Positions 50,091-63,990 of a stretch of 64,000 nt of DNA are shown here, piece by piece (positions within the stretch are counted from its first letter, which is position 1; the number at the start of each line of letters is the position of its first letter). Below the pieces are notes generated by a model. That model was not told where the DNA came from. It made no database searches and was given only the letters and a program-made list of their open reading frames with translations. The DNA is from Camelus dromedarius (Eukaryota): positions 23,932,001 to 23,996,000 of the forward strand of contig NC_087449.1 of assembly GCF_036321535.1 (NCBI RefSeq), written 5' to 3'. Both the position numbers and the translations under genes were made by a program.

Positions 50091-50316
50091 TATTTTTTTT
50101 TGTCTAAAATTCTGCATTATGGGGTGAGAGAGGGACATAAATTTGGTGATCATACAGCCTGGATTTCTGGTGCAATCTTGATTTCATATATTTTGTTCCA
50201 TTAGCTTCAAAGACCTTTTTGTATAGTGGGTAAAAAAGATGATAAAAAGACTAATTTGCTTCCCTTTTGCACCCAATGTTGTTCTCTTCTTGTCCATGTC
50301 CATACCTTTGAGACGC

Positions 50317-50365
50317 TGTGTGTGTGTGTGTGCATGCGTGCGTGTGTGTGTGTATATGTGTGTGT
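50317..50365. repeat. Interrupted (TG)n microsatellite
   Basis: tgtgtgtgtgtgtgtgcatgcgtgcgtgtgtgtgtgtatatgtgtgtgt. Confidence 0.9.
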
Positions 50366-50439
50366 AACATCTCCTTAATCTAGTATCACCATCAGAAGTT
50401 CATTAACAAGAAATTCAAGATCAGTAAGGGATTGTTATT

Positions 50440-52365
50440 AACTAATACCAAGATGTTATAGCCTAAATGAAACTTCTGAAAAGAAAGGACAGGAGAAAAA
50501 TCTTAGTAATCTTGGGTTTGGTGAAGATTTATTAAAGAAGACACAAAATCCATGAACTGTTAAGAAGATATTGATAAGTTGGACTTTTTCAAAATTAAAA
50601 GCAATTGCTTTTTGAAAGACATTGTTATGAAAATTAAAAGGTAAGCACAGACTAGGGTAAAATTTTGCAAAACATGTCTGTCTAGGGGCTTGCATCTGGA
50701 ATAAACAAAGCACTCTTACAACTCAATGATAAGACGAGAAACAACCTAATTGTTTAGATGGGCAAAATATTGGAACAAAACCCACCAAAGATGATACACA
50801 GATGGCAAGAAACACATGAAAAAATGTTCAGCATCATTAATGATCAAGGAAATGCAATGTAAAACCACACTGGGATAATACTACATACCTAACAGAGTGG
50901 CTAAAGTTAAAAAGGGGAACCATATCAATTGTTGGCAAGGATGTGGAGCAACAAGAACTTTCATATGTTCCTGGTGGGAATGTGAAATAGTACAATCACT
51001 TTGGAAAACAGTTTTGCAATGAAGAGCTAAACCTACGTCTGCCATACGATCCAGCCACTCCACTTCTGGATATTTACCCAGGACAAATGAAAATCTATGT
51101 CCATTCAAAGACTTGAACATGAAAATCTATGGCAGCTTTGTTTGTAATTGCCAAAAATTAGAAACAACCCAAATGTCTACCAATGGGTGAGTAGATAAAC
51201 TCTGTTGTCCATACAATGAAATACTACTCATCAGTAACAAGGAATAAATTATTAGTACATATAATAACATGGATGAATATAAAAATAATTATGCTAAGTG
51301 ACAGAAGCTAGATATCTAAAAATAATATATACTACATGATCCAATTTATACGAAATTCTAGAAAATTCAGACCAACCTGTAATGACAAAAAGCAGATTAC
51401 TGTTTACCTGGGGATAGAGAAATGCAAGGACAGAAGACAAACAGGCATAAGGACACTTTGGGGAATGATGGATATGTTTACTATCTTGATTGTGGGGATG
51501 GTTTCACAGGTGTATACATATGTCAAAACTTATTGCATCAGTCTGGATCCAATTAGGAGATAGAAACCACATCACAGACAAAGCAGGAGACATTTAATAG
51601 GTAGAATTATTAACTATCATAAAAGAGTAACAAGAGGTAAAGAAACCATGTATGTACTCCAAAAATGACAAACTTAAAAGAGGTTCAGATCTCACTGGAG
51701 AAGGTATGATTTAGCCCACCAGATAGCAGCAAAGTTCACTGGCTCAGCCAGACTAAAGCAAGCATGATGCACCCCTCTTGAGAGCACCCCATGGCATGAG
51801 CGTGCAGTAGAAGTCCGGGCGCTGATCCGGACAGGAGGCTTTCCAAACATGTGAGCCTTATGGGTTCGCAGAGGGAGCTCCAGCTCTGTGGGTATCTCCC
51901 TCCCCTCTGGAGCCACAAGTGGGCTGTGGGGACTCACAGAAGGAACAGCTGCTCAACGTGTGACCATCTGAGTCACAGGTGCCTGCATGTGAGCCACACT
52001 GAAGTTTTGGCTTCCATGTCGAAAGGCTGCGAAAATGATTATCACCAGGCCAAGGCTAGAAGGTGGCAGAGAGATGGAGTTCTGGGCTTGTGCAGGGGCA
52101 GCTCCCAACCATGTTCTCACCCTCACACCTCTCAGCCCATGCTGAAAACTGCAAGAAGCCTCTTCCTCCTACAATGTCCCTCCAGACCTTGCAACTGAAA
52201 AAGCTCACTTTAAAGGAGAAAATACTTTAAGAAATTCCATTATTTATTATACAGCATATATTGAAGAATTGAGAGCAATAAACTGATAACTGACAGGCTC
52301 GTCAAATTATACACTTTAAATATATTAATTTAGTGTATGTCAGTTATACCTCAATAAACTTTCAA
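50440..52365 (+). mobile_element. L1 (L1MB/MC-type) ORF2 end and 3'UTR, interrupted by an LTR at 51534-52295
   Basis: gccatacgatccagccactccacttctggatatttaccca...; the 3'UTR breaks at gtcaaaacttat and resumes as ctcgtcaaattatacactttaaa...tacctcaataaa. Confidence 0.88.
51534..52295 (-). mobile_element. ERVL-class solo LTR (MER74/MER77/MER89-like; exact family uncertain)
   Basis: TG...CA termini, start tgcatcagtctggatccaattaggagatagaaaccaca. Degenerate 5-bp TSD cttat (51529-51533) / ctcgt (52298-52302). Confidence 0.7.
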
Positions 52366-52769
52366 AGTAATACATGCTGACAGCCAAAGAACACCATTTG
52401 AGGAAATGTTCTAAACAAGACAGAGATAAAAATAAACTAGGAAAAAAGTAACGTGGAAGGAATAGACTATTTAGATAGAAGAAAATTTACACACAGACAT
52501 ATTCTGTCATTCACACATTCAGAGATAAGTGGAGATACTGCTTTTATGGAATAAGAACAGCATGTAGGGGATGAGCAGAGGGAGGAAGATGCAGTGAACA
52601 ACAAACAACAAGTAATCCTGGAAATTAAAAATAATTATTATGTCTAAAATAAAAAAAGAAGCCTTGGAGAAATGCTTTCAAAATTCTGAAGGAAAATTAT
52701 TTTTTACTTAAAATTCTATACTCAGCTAAACATCTACTGACATGTGAAGCCTCAAACTTCCACGTACTC

Positions 52770-53236
52770 TGTGTTAGTTTCCTATGGCCTCTGTAACAAA
52801 TTACCACAAACTTGGTAGTTTAAAACAATACCGATATATTCTCTTAGTTTGGTAGGCCAGACGTCCAAAATCAGTTTTACTGTGCTTAAGTCAAGTAAAG
52901 TCATCAGGGCTGTTTCCTTCTGGAGGCTCTAGGGAGGAATATCGTTTTTTCCAGGTTGCATAGCTGCATCCCTTGGATCATGGGCCCTTTCTCCATCTTC
53001 AAAGCCAGCCAAAGGGCATCTCCAAATCTCTCTCTGNNNNNNNNNNNNNNNNNNNNNNNNNNNNNNNNNNNNNNNNNNNNNNNNNNNNNNNNNNNNNNNN
53101 NNNNNNNNNNNNNNNNNNNNNNNNNNNNNNNNNNNNNNNNNNNNNNNNNNNNNNNNNNNNNNNNNNNNNNNNNNNNNNNNNNNNNNNNNNNNNNNNNNNN
53201 NNNNNNNNNNNNNNNNCCATTACTCAGCCTACCACA
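52770..53236 (-). mobile_element. MLT1D-like MaLR solo LTR containing an N gap
   Basis: tgtgttagtttcctatggcctctgtaacaaattaccacaaacttgg...cagcctaccaca. TSD tactc (52765-52769) / taccc (53237-53241). Confidence 0.88.
53037..53216. other. Assembly gap (180 N)
   Basis: N run. Confidence 0.99.
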
Positions 53237-53909
53237 TACCCTCTCCAAGGAAACTATCAGAGGATATATGGCAACTATTCTGAAAGTAATTTCCCTACCC
53301 CACCCCCCCAAAAAACACATGGAATATAGGAAAAAGAGAAGAGAAAGGAATTTCCAGGATGATAATGAAGGCATGTTCCAGGAGAGAAACTGAATAACTA
53401 ATCAGGGAGAATTAGCCAAGATTGGAACAGGTCTGAAGACTAGGAGAAAAATCACCATCTGATAGAATCTCAAGATGATTTAGGTCTGAGACTCATTTTT
53501 GAGGAAAAGTTTTGGTGTAAATTGGTGATGAGCATATAGAAAACTAAACAAACACAAATATAAACTATTATTAACTCCATGGAATACAAAAAAAAAGTTG
53601 TACAAAAAAGAAAAATAAACATAGTATGTTGCATGGTCTTTAGCTGTAGCTAGAGATGACACAGAGATGTCTGAATCTAACCAAAATTATAATCAATTAT
53701 GATGAGAGAGTGGGAGGATGGAAGTATATGGTGGTGGTGGTCATGGTTGTGAAAGAGAGCTCATATTTCATAATGGAAAGTTAGCAGATATTAGCTAAAA
53801 CTGAAATATCAAGATGTAGCTATGTGCTATTTAAGATCATGAAGAAAGAATTGAAAGAACTGAAATCAAGAAGTAGGTGTGGGGAAGGGGGATGGACGAT
53901 GGGAGGACA

Positions 53910-54690
53910 CCAGAATCACCGAGATGCTCAGTAAGTGGCCCTCCTTTGCAAGATAAGAGCAGATGGTAAAAAATGCTGTTATAAAATGGACTGTTGATAG
54001 CAATAGGGATGATAATATCCCAAAATAAAGGCCAGATGTAAGTGCTTAACCGAAGATGCAACATGCACACAATTACTGTGATGAGTAGTGAGGTTGGAGG
54101 AGCAGCCAGGGAAGCCTGGCTCACAGAGTTATGGAGATGTTTAATAGAACACAGCATCCCTAGGAGTAAGATATGTTTGGCAGGCAACAAGGACACTGTT
54201 CAAAGCATTCAGCCAAAAGAAATCAAGGGTGGTTGATCAGAAGATGGAGGAGAGCTTCTCCAGTTTAAAAAAAAAAAAATCATGGGCCTTTATCAGGTTC
54301 CAGGCCAGGAACAGTTTTATGACCAGAACTCAAATGACTAAACGAGAGACCAGATCCTCAGGAAGAAGGTCCCTACAACAGTACAGCAAGTATATATATA
54401 TAAAAAAACTCTTCCCCAAGTGGGATGCATGTGGCCCTGCTGCTTGGACCCACATGCTCCAGTAGACCCTATGTTATTGGAGGGTGTCTATAATGAGAAT
54501 GTTGTATGGCATTAATAGCAACCTTCAGTAGAAGAATCACAGTATAGACTTCTCAGGTTTTGTGTGACCATGCCATGTGTAGTCAAGTATTACACACTAT
54601 TCAAAAACCAGCATCCTCTTCCTGATGATTAGGGCCAATTACTCCTGCCAGGATGATTACTGCTTTACTTGCCCACTGGCCTTTTGGCAT
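53910..54690 (+). mobile_element. ERVL/MaLR internal sequence, degenerate gag and RNase H remnants
   Basis: LTELWRCLIEHSIPRSKI resembles ERVL gag. gaccctatgttattggagg...tgtatggc...gaagaatcacagtatagac resembles ERVL pol DPMVLEV..VWSLWQ..ESQ.RPL. Confidence 0.65.
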
Positions 54691-54799
54691 GAGGAATCTA
54701 AAGGAACTGGACAGCTGCTTAAAATTCAACGAGACTCTTACTCTGAGCCTAGTGGAGGAGTTCTTTCCAGAGGGGCAAAGTCCAAGGTTATGATGAAGG

Positions 54800-57700
54800 G
54801 AAGCACAAATTTCCTATTTGCTATATTCAAGAGATACACACAGTTGAATATAAAAATACAGGTTGAAAGCAAAAGCATAAAAAAAAGACACACCACACCA
54901 ACAGTAATTCTAAGAAAACTGGCATAGCTTTACTATTATCAGACAAAACAGTCTTCAAACCAAAGAGTATTGCTAGAGATAAAGAGTGATATTTCATAAA
55001 GCTAAGAATCAGTTCACCAAGAACACATAAAAATTCTAATTTTTTGTGTTTTTATGTAGATATGTTCCTAAATATGCATGTTCCTAGTAACAGAGCTTAA
55101 AAGTATATGGGGAGTAAAAATTGATAACTCTAAAGGTAGAACAGAAAATGAACAATCATAGATGGAGGCTTGAATAATTCTTTCTTACTAATTGATAGAA
55201 AAAGAATACAGATAATCAGTAAGAATATAAAAACTTGAACACTATTAACCAACTTGATTTAGTAGATGTTTATGGACCACTATATCTAAAAAATGAAGAA
55301 TACATATTCTTTTCAAGCATTTACAGAACATTCATCAAGAAAGACTACATGCCAAGCAATAAAATGAATCTCAATAACTTTCAAAAACTGAAATCATACA
55401 GAGTATATTCTTTGACGACAAGTCAAATAAATTAGAAATCAATAATAAAATATATATAGAAAATCCATAGAGAATAGAAAATTAATCAACATTTTATAAT
55501 AACAAAGAACAACTCATAAGGAAAATTAGAGACTGTTAAACTAAATGATAAGGAAAACACATCATATAGCTAAAGCGGCATAAAGAAGAAATTCATAACT
55601 TTAAATGTTCATATAAGAAAACAAGCTCTAAAATTATGATCTAAGCTTTCACATTAACAGGCTAGAAAAGAACAAAAGAAGCCCAAAATAAGCAGAAGAA
55701 ATGAGGATAAGAAAAAATTTAATGAACTAGAATACAAATAATAGAGAAAAATCAACAAAGCCAAAATTTAGTTCTTTGAAAATATTAATACAGTTGATAA
55801 ACCCCTAGTAATACTGAGTAGTAAAAATAAAAGAAAAAATTCACAAATTGCCAACATCAAGAATGAAATTATAACCATAGGTTCTACAGACAATAAAGGG
55901 CTGTTATGAACAACTTCATGCCAACACATTAAACAAAGCAGATGACATAGACCAATTCCTTGAAAAACACAACTTGTGTAACTGGTAGAAGACTTAAATA
56001 GCTATGTACTTAGGGAAGGAATTGGAATTATTAATTTAAAACCTCTCCACAAAGAAACCCACTAACTCAGAAGATTTCAAAGGTGAATTCTATTAAACAC
56101 TTAAAGAAGAAATAGTATCAATATTACACAAATTCTTTTAAAAATAGAGAAGGAGAAAACAATTTCTAGGTCATTTTATAAACTACCATGACCCTAGTAC
56201 CAAAACCTGATTAAAGATATTTCAACAAAAGAAATATTCAAACCAGTATTTCTCATGAACTAGATACAAAACTCTTTAACAAAATATTGGCAAATTAAAT
56301 GCAGTAATGTAAAAAGTATATAATATATTGTGACAAGTTGTGTTTATACCAGTAATGCAAGGTTGCTTTGACATTCTAAAACAATGTAATTCACAAATCT
56401 AACCAATGTAATTAACAGATTTAAAGATAAAATCATCTAATGAGCTCAACAGTTAAGAAAAAGTACTAAAAAAAAATCCAATACCCATTTACGATTTTAA
56501 AAGAAAGATCTCATAAAACTATAAATAGAAGAGAGCCTCCTCAGTCTGATAAAGGGCATCTAGGGAAAACATCATGATTAATGATGCAATATTAAACATG
56601 TTTCCCTTAATGCAGGAGACAAGGCAAGGGTGAGCACTCTCATCATTCTATTTAGTATCACATTAAAGTACTTGCCAATGACAAAAGGCAAGAAAGGGAA
56701 ACAAAAGGGATAAACATTGGGGAAAAGAAATAAAATTACCTTTCTTGGGGGTAACACGATAGTGGACAAAGAAAATCCCAAAGAGTTTCAATTTTTAAAA
56801 TCCTACTACTAAATTGGGTAAGTTAATTTAGGAAAGTCTCAATATAAATGACCATATACAAAAATCCATTGTATGTCTATATATTAGTAATAAACAACTG
56901 GAAATAAAATTTAAAAATAAATTCCATTGATAATAGCACCAAATACATAAAAAACTTATGAATAAAATTAATGCAGGAAATAAAAAGACCTCTGCACTGA
57001 AAAACTACAAAATATCATTGAAATTACAGAAGACCTAAATAGATAACTATATCATGCTCATGAACTGAAAAACTCAATACTGTAAATATATCATAAAAGC
57101 AGAAAAATATACCAGTGGAACAGAATAGAAAGTCTGTAAATAGGCTGCCACAAACGTCAACGATTAATGTTTTTATTTACAATGTTGTGTTAGTTTCTGG
57201 TATACGACAATTGATTTTTTTTTTCTTTTTACAAAGACAGCAATACAACTCAGTGGAAATAAAGAAGGTCTAACAAATGGTGCTGTACCAACTGGAGAAA
57301 AAGTGAATCTTGACTTGTACCTTGTATCATAAAGAAAAAATAATTTGAGATGAATTAAGGCTTACATGTAAATTAAAACTGTAAATCTTCTAGAATAAAA
57401 TATACATGAATATCTTTGTAAATAGGAGCTAGGCAAAGATTTCTTAGGACACAGAAAGCAGTAGCTGGAAAAAATAAAATTGATAAATTAGAATTTAATG
57501 AAATTAGAAGCATCTACTCATCAAAAAGCACCTTTAACTGAATCGTCAATAAAGTCACAGAAAAAATGTTCAAAATCATTACTCATCAGTGATATGCAAA
57601 TTAAAAGCACAGTGAGCTACCATTTAATTTGCATGAGAATGGCTAAAATTAAAAAGATGAAACACCAAATGTTGAGAGGATGGAGAGCCGCTGGGTTTCT

Positions 57701-58315
57701 CATACACTGCTGGTGAGAGTGAAAAATGTTACAACCAGCGTGGTAAACATTTTTACAGTTTCTTATACAGGTAAATATATACCGACCTTATGATCCAACA
57801 ATTTCACTCTGAGATACTTACCCAAACGAAATAAAAATCTGTATACAAAGATATGTACACCAATGTTCACTGCAGCTTTATTCATAATAGCAAAACACTG
57901 GAAACAACCAAATGTCCACCAACAGGAGAATGAATAAATAAAATGTAGCATATTTGTTTTACAGACGACTCACTAATACAAAGGAACAAACTACTGGTGG
58001 ATGAAATGACATGGATGAACCTCAAAACTTCAATGCTTGGAGGAAGAAGCCAGACACAAAAGAGTACTTACTCTATGGTTTAATTTTATAATTCAGCTGT
58101 AGGAGAGATTATATTAGTGGTTGGCTCCAGACAGGGAGCCCACATCTCCCTTTATCTCCCCTGTGGATAGACTGGAGAGGGATGGAAGGGGAATTCTCAG
58201 TGGTAGGAATCCTCTATATCATAATTGAGGTGGTATTTATAGTTTTGAAAACTCATCAAACTGTTCATATTAAGATATGTGCATTTTATGATATATACTT
58301 ATAATTGAAAAAATT
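54800..58315 (+). mobile_element. Old L1, degenerate ORF2 (endonuclease through C-terminus) and 3'UTR
   Basis: ORF-track peptide NTINQLDLVDVYGPLY..EEYIFFSS..TFIK.DY (endonuclease domain), continuous L1-like A-rich sequence, and an L1 3'UTR end near 58310. Confidence 0.9.
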
Positions 58316-58819
58316 TGTTTCAACTTACATCAGAAAGCAGATGAGAAAGACACACAGACGAGTAGGCGAATGTCCAGAGCTGAGTCTGTATCACTTTCAG
58401 ATTTAAACTATTTAAAAAATTTCCCCAGATTGTTAAAGGTATAACTACAGTGATTCTTCCAGAATCTCCAGGTGATTCCAGATCCACTGCTGGGTATCTC
58501 ACTCTCTTAACCTTCAGAAGGAGGCTCATAGGTAATAAATGGAAGATTTGCAGAGTCACCAAAGCTTAAAATTGCAAACGGTCACAGAGGGCATTAGCCC
58601 TGGGGTGGCAGATCTGTGTACCCACAGCAGCAAGGCTGGGAATGTAGATGAGTGAAGCCAGTGCAATGGGACTTTGGTAGCCCGGATCATTCAGGTCCAG
58701 CGGAGCACCATCCTATGGGAATGCAAGCCAGTAGACCCCACTCTTCCATTTCTAGAGAAACTAGGAATTCCAATTTCTTCCATAAAGTCTTCCAACTTTT
58801 AAATGCTGGCAGATAATTT

Positions 58820-60030
58820 TTAAATTATACAGAATTAAGTAGAAAAATCATGTAGAAAATAGGAGAAAATCTTTGTGATCTTGGAGTAGGTAAAAATTTT
58901 AAAATTAATGACCAAAAGCACAATCCATAAAAGAATAAGTTGATAAATATGATGTCACTAAAATTAAAATTAAAAACTCTTGCTCTTCAAAGGACACTGC
59001 TGAGAGAAGGAAAAGACAGGCCACGGACCTAGAATATTTGCAAGTCATATATCTGGTAAAAGACTTACATCCAGAGTTTATAAAGGACATTCAAAACTCA
59101 ATAATAAGAAAAGAGACAACATGATAAAAATGAGGAAAAGACTCAGACACGTCACCAAACAAGACATGAAGATGACAAATAAACACATGAAAAGATGTTC
59201 AACATCATTAATCGTGAATGAACTTTAAATTAAAACTAAACTAAGATACTCTCTACCTACATATTAGAATGGAAATTTAAAAGATTACTCCTCCAAATGT
59301 TGACAAGGATGAGGAGAAACTGGAGCTCTCATGCACTATTGGTGGGGATGTAAAATGGTACAACTTTGGAAAGCAATTTGGCAGTTTTTAAAAAAGTTAA
59401 ACATACACCTACATAGGATATAGTCATACAACTCCTAGAATTTTAACCCAGAGAAATAAAACCATATGTTCATACAAAGACTTATTCATGGATGGTCATG
59501 GCAGGTATATTTGTAGTAGCCCCAATCTAGAACAGCCAAATGTCTATCAAAAGGTGGGTGACAAAACAAACTGTAGATACAACAGAACATTATATAATAG
59601 AACATTACTCCATTATAACATCCATATAATAGAACATTACTCAGCTATCAAAAGAAATGAACTAATGATACACACTATAACATGGATAGAGATCAAAATG
59701 GTTATGCTGAGTGAGAAGCCAGACCAAAAAAAAAGTATATTCTGTATGATTCCATTTACATAAAATTCTAGGAAATGCAAACAAATGTATAGTAAAAGAA
59801 AGCCAAAAAAAAGAAGAAAGAAAGAAGAAAACAGATCAGTTGTTACCTGGGACAAGTAGTGGATAGATTACCAAGTAGCATGATAAAACTTTTGAGGGTA
59901 ATGAATATGCTTATTATTTTGATTTTTGTGATGGTTTTCATGGCTATGTTCATATGTCAAAATTCATCAAATCATACACTTAGGTATGTGTCCTTTATTT
60001 TATGTCAATTGTACTACCTCAATAACTAGA
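58820..60030 (+). mobile_element. Old L1 (L1MC/MD-type) ORF2 end and 3'UTR
   Basis: aaacacatgaaaagatgttcaacatcatta...ggtggggatgtaaaatggtacaactttggaaagcaatttggcag...gtcaaaattcatcaaat. Confidence 0.88.
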
Positions 60031-60754
60031 TTTTTTTAAAAACAGAAAAAATTATTTAGGCCCAAAGACATCTCTGAGCTACATACAGCCCTTAAAATAC
60101 CCATTTGCACCTCTGCTCAAGTCTTACTTCCCCACCTTAAGAGTTAAGAAAACTGAGACTTAGACAGAGAGTAACTTGCCCAGGTAAGAAGATTCTGTTT
60201 GTAAACTCTTTGTCTAGGGGCCAGAAAAAAAAAGGACAAAATGATGCTGTTGAGGAAGAGGATGATTTAAATGGATTATGGCTCCTTATCTATTTTAGGA
60301 ATTGTTTTCGCAATGCAAAGAGGAGTTTAATATAAGATCTGGTCTGAATCTCCACTCCACTAATTAGCTCTATGGCTTTGAGCAGTTTCCTTAAAATTTG
60401 CAGAACCTTCATCTCTACATCCATGTTAAGAATATCTACCTCAAAAGGCCCTCTTGAGGATTATATAAAATAGGATCTGCTCAAGTAAATTTTCAATAAA
60501 TACTAGTTGAATAAATTTCATCTATGAGACAGATGGGTGGGACATATATTATGAATTGACATATTATAAAGCTGAAGATGAATGCAGTTAAGGGTTTGCC
60601 CTTGATCATGCAGTTAGGAAAAAGGAGCTGGATTACCCAGTCTCCCAATTCCCAGTCCAGTGTTCTTTTGCAAAAAGGGACACTCACCAAGGTTACTGGA
60701 AAAACAGTCTTTAGATGGAGAGTAGGGAGATTCTTCTCAAAGAGTCACTTAATC

Positions 60755-61084
60755 CAGAGGTCTCAAAGTGGCAGCCTGGTGGCCACATTTAGTCTTCTGA
60801 AGTGTTTAAAATCTGAAAATATTGTTTTAGGAAATTTAGGTCAACATTTAATGTTTGAAAGATTTCACATAAAAATCTGAATTTCCTGCTTGGTTTGAAA
60901 AATTGTTAGTAGATCTGGCAATACTGAGCCTCCATTGAGAAAGGGCAGTGAAGAGCCTTCAGATGGCGGGGGGTTCCCCTCAGGTCTTCCCGGTCCCCAG
61001 CATCCCTCACACCCCAACAGAAGGCCTGCCTCACTTACTATAACACAAACCTGTTCTCTGCAGACATTTATATGTGCAACCCTG
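60755..61084. mobile_element. MER102-like hAT-Charlie element
   Basis: cagaggtctcaaagtggcagcc...gatttcacataaaaatctgaatttcc...gatctggcaatactg...gtgcaaccctg. Confidence 0.65.
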
Positions 61085-63049
61085 CTTTCCACCATTCCAC
61101 CTCACGCAGTTAACCATTATTTCCTAAGGGCCAACCATGTTTATGATCTGTCATCTAGAAATGATGATGAGCTGTGTTGACATTCAGACAGTCATTCAAC
61201 AGAATGGACTCCCTGGAGGCTGCATGTGTAAGCAGTTTCCACACACACAAATTGAAGCAGAGATCTGGCAATCTTCCACATATTTGAGCAATGTAGATAC
61301 TCAATCTGGACTTTTTTGGACACCAAAGTGGATCTATTTGGGAGATCCTGAGTCTCAAATGATCCAACTTGACATTCTTCCTTGATCAAATTTATCTGGC
61401 AACTGCCCTGTTTCTACAGACCTGTGCTCCAACAGCCACAACTTTAAGTGATTTTGCAACCACATTAAGTTTCCTAAGGAAACCAATGGGTATAGAAACC
61501 AGCGCTGCCCAGGACATGGAGACAGCTCCACGTTAAACCTTAAATGAGCCCATGAAGGAAACATAAAACATATTCAGAGTAGGAGAAGAGGAAACCAACA
61601 AATAACACATAAAATCATCATTTTTATATGCAAAAACTAGCACACTGCCTACAATTAGCGAATACAAATCACTTGTTGGCTCTGAGATAGCTCCTCACAG
61701 CACACAAATGTAAGTTAAAACGTTGGCTTGAGACCTTGGTGTACATCTGCTCTTGATCTTCTATCAATTATCAATACAAAATATTTTTCCTTTTTCAGCC
61801 CAAACACTGAATCAGGGAGCCTTTAAGGAACTAAACAGTACTAGTCAATCTAAAACCGTTTTTGAAAACCAAAGTCTAGAAATATATACATCTTCTCATT
61901 TGACTCTCCTCCTAACTACAAAATACAATGAATACCTCAAAGTTTTGAGTATTCTGACTATACCAGATGTTGCCGCTATGAAACACAGGTCACCATGAGG
62001 ATAATTGCCGTAGACAGTCAGATACAGCTGTGGAAGAGCCACCCCTGGGAGGACAATCAGCTGACTCTCTGTGTCTATGGTTTGTCTTGTTTTACTTTTT
62101 CAGATAGTGAAATGCTGGTGGTTCCTATTTCTGTGGATTTCATTTCCCTAAAGAAAATGCACAACACAACCCATTTTCCATCATTGTTTTTTAGTAACAG
62201 AATTAAAGATCTATGCCTGGTGTGAATGGTAAATACTATCAACCAAGAGGAAAAAATTCCAAAAACTAACAATCATTTTAAGGGAATATGTTAAAAATTC
62301 TAAATAATAAACCCAGGTACCAGCAGACCCAAGACAAAAGTTGGTATTGCAATACAGAAATGTTTCTGTTTTCTTGTCTTACTTGGAGAATACCATTTAC
62401 CCGAGACTTCTTTATCTCTCTAATAAATGCCAGATTTTATTGACACATTTCATCTGTTTCTTGCCATAGACACCAAAAGCTCTGGAATGTGAAGTCTCTT
62501 TTCAAGCCACCATTATCTCCACACATGTGCAGAGAGAGCACCAATGTAATTCTCCCAGGCTCCTGACTTTGTTTTTTAAACACAGTCCCCTTACACACAC
62601 GGTGCATCTGTTTTCCTCTCAGAAGAGAAGCGTGCTTGATTACTCTGCCTTTTCCCCTCAGAGAAATGTACTACACACAGATGACACAAATCTTTTGATC
62701 AACGAGCTTCCAAAGAGATACAGATTCGTTCTCCACAATCAGCAAGGAAGCTGCACTCAATTTTTTTTTCTTTACTACAGTTAAAAGAGAAATAAGGAAG
62801 GAGGGGGGAAATCCTATAAACTATGATGGAGAGGGCCTTCTTTAGGGAAAAGAGTAGAAAAACATTTGAAAGGTCACCCCAGGAAGTTGCACAGATATTG
62901 ATCCCCAAAAATCATGCACAAAATACCCCTATTTGAGGAGAGAGCACTTTGGGGTTTTCCTCTTGGATGCTGGATTCTTTTTTTTTTTTCCTAATCTCAT
63001 TGAACTCTGAGCTCTAGACTCATAACAATGTTTGGCGTGTATTGTCACT

Positions 63050-63230
63050 ACAGGGTTTTTCATCCCTGTGTAATTTTACAGACGAGCTCAGAGAATCCCT
63101 GGGCTAGAGGGAATTATTTGGATTCCTGTTTTACAGCTGAAGAAACTGAAGAAGAGAAGCAAAGAGTTTCCCACTGAGACACAGAAAGAGTCTGTTTGAG
63201 GGGCTCAGTCTTCAAGGTCTCAGAGTTCAA
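63050..63230 (-). mobile_element. MIR fragment
   Basis: ctgttttacagctgaagaaactgaag. Confidence 0.5.
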
Positions 63231-63789
63231 ACGCCTACTCGGAACACTACAACAGGGGAACGAGTCAGCCTTCTAAATCTAGCATGAAATGCTGGACTTT
63301 GTTACTCTCTCTCTGTAATGCACTAGAGCATATTGTGTGGACAGGGACAGCAGCAACAGAAAAATGTGATCAGATGGCAGGTCTATCCAATATAGTCTTG
63401 CTCTGCATAATTGGGTATGACTTGAGAGATCTATTCATTCTCTCCTGCCACAAACATTAGTTAAACCCCTGATGCCAGCAACATCTAAATCCTTCCATTT
63501 GATTGCATATTTGATAATGTCTTGTCCTCACAATCTAAAAAAGAAATCATTTGGGTACAGTTGAACCACATGCCATAATTCCTCTTGGAGGATGTGACTC
63601 TTGGTATAGAAAGTCAGTTTTTTGTTCACTACAAAGAACTGTGCTTCCTGAGCATCTAAGTTTAAAAAAATTTCCAGTCATAATTGGCAGAAAAGTCCCC
63701 TCGTGGTGATTTGTGAATCTAGCTGGAGGCAATCAAGAGCAACAGAATGAAAGGTGGGTCAATGCCAGGATAACCCATATCTAGTCTTG

Positions 63790-63990
63790 GTAAGTAATAC
63801 TCATAGTCATAGTATCTGTCATGTAGTGAGCACGTTACATGCATGTTCTGATTTAATCTACATCATTCTTTTGAGTCTGATATTATTGCTTCCATTTTAA
63901 AGATGAGAAAGTTGAAGCTCGGAGGGGCAGAGGACCTCACCCATGATTGCATTCAGTGCTAGTGCGGGGGGTACAAGCAGCCTTTGAGTC
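63790..63990 (-). mobile_element. MIR SINE
   Basis: attattgcttccattttaaagatgagaaagttgaagctcggagg. Confidence 0.7.

Larger units (their letters stand above)
52380..53830 (+). mobile_element. Old L1/HAL1-like ORF1 end and downstream region, interrupted by MLT1
   Basis: aaatgctttcaaaattctgaaggaaaattatttt...aaaattctatactcagctaaac matches the ORF1 C-terminal AFKIL..RILYPAKL motif. Confidence 0.55.

Noticed and set aside
8574-53393. ORF-track entries containing long X runs
   Set aside because: Artefacts of translating through N gaps.
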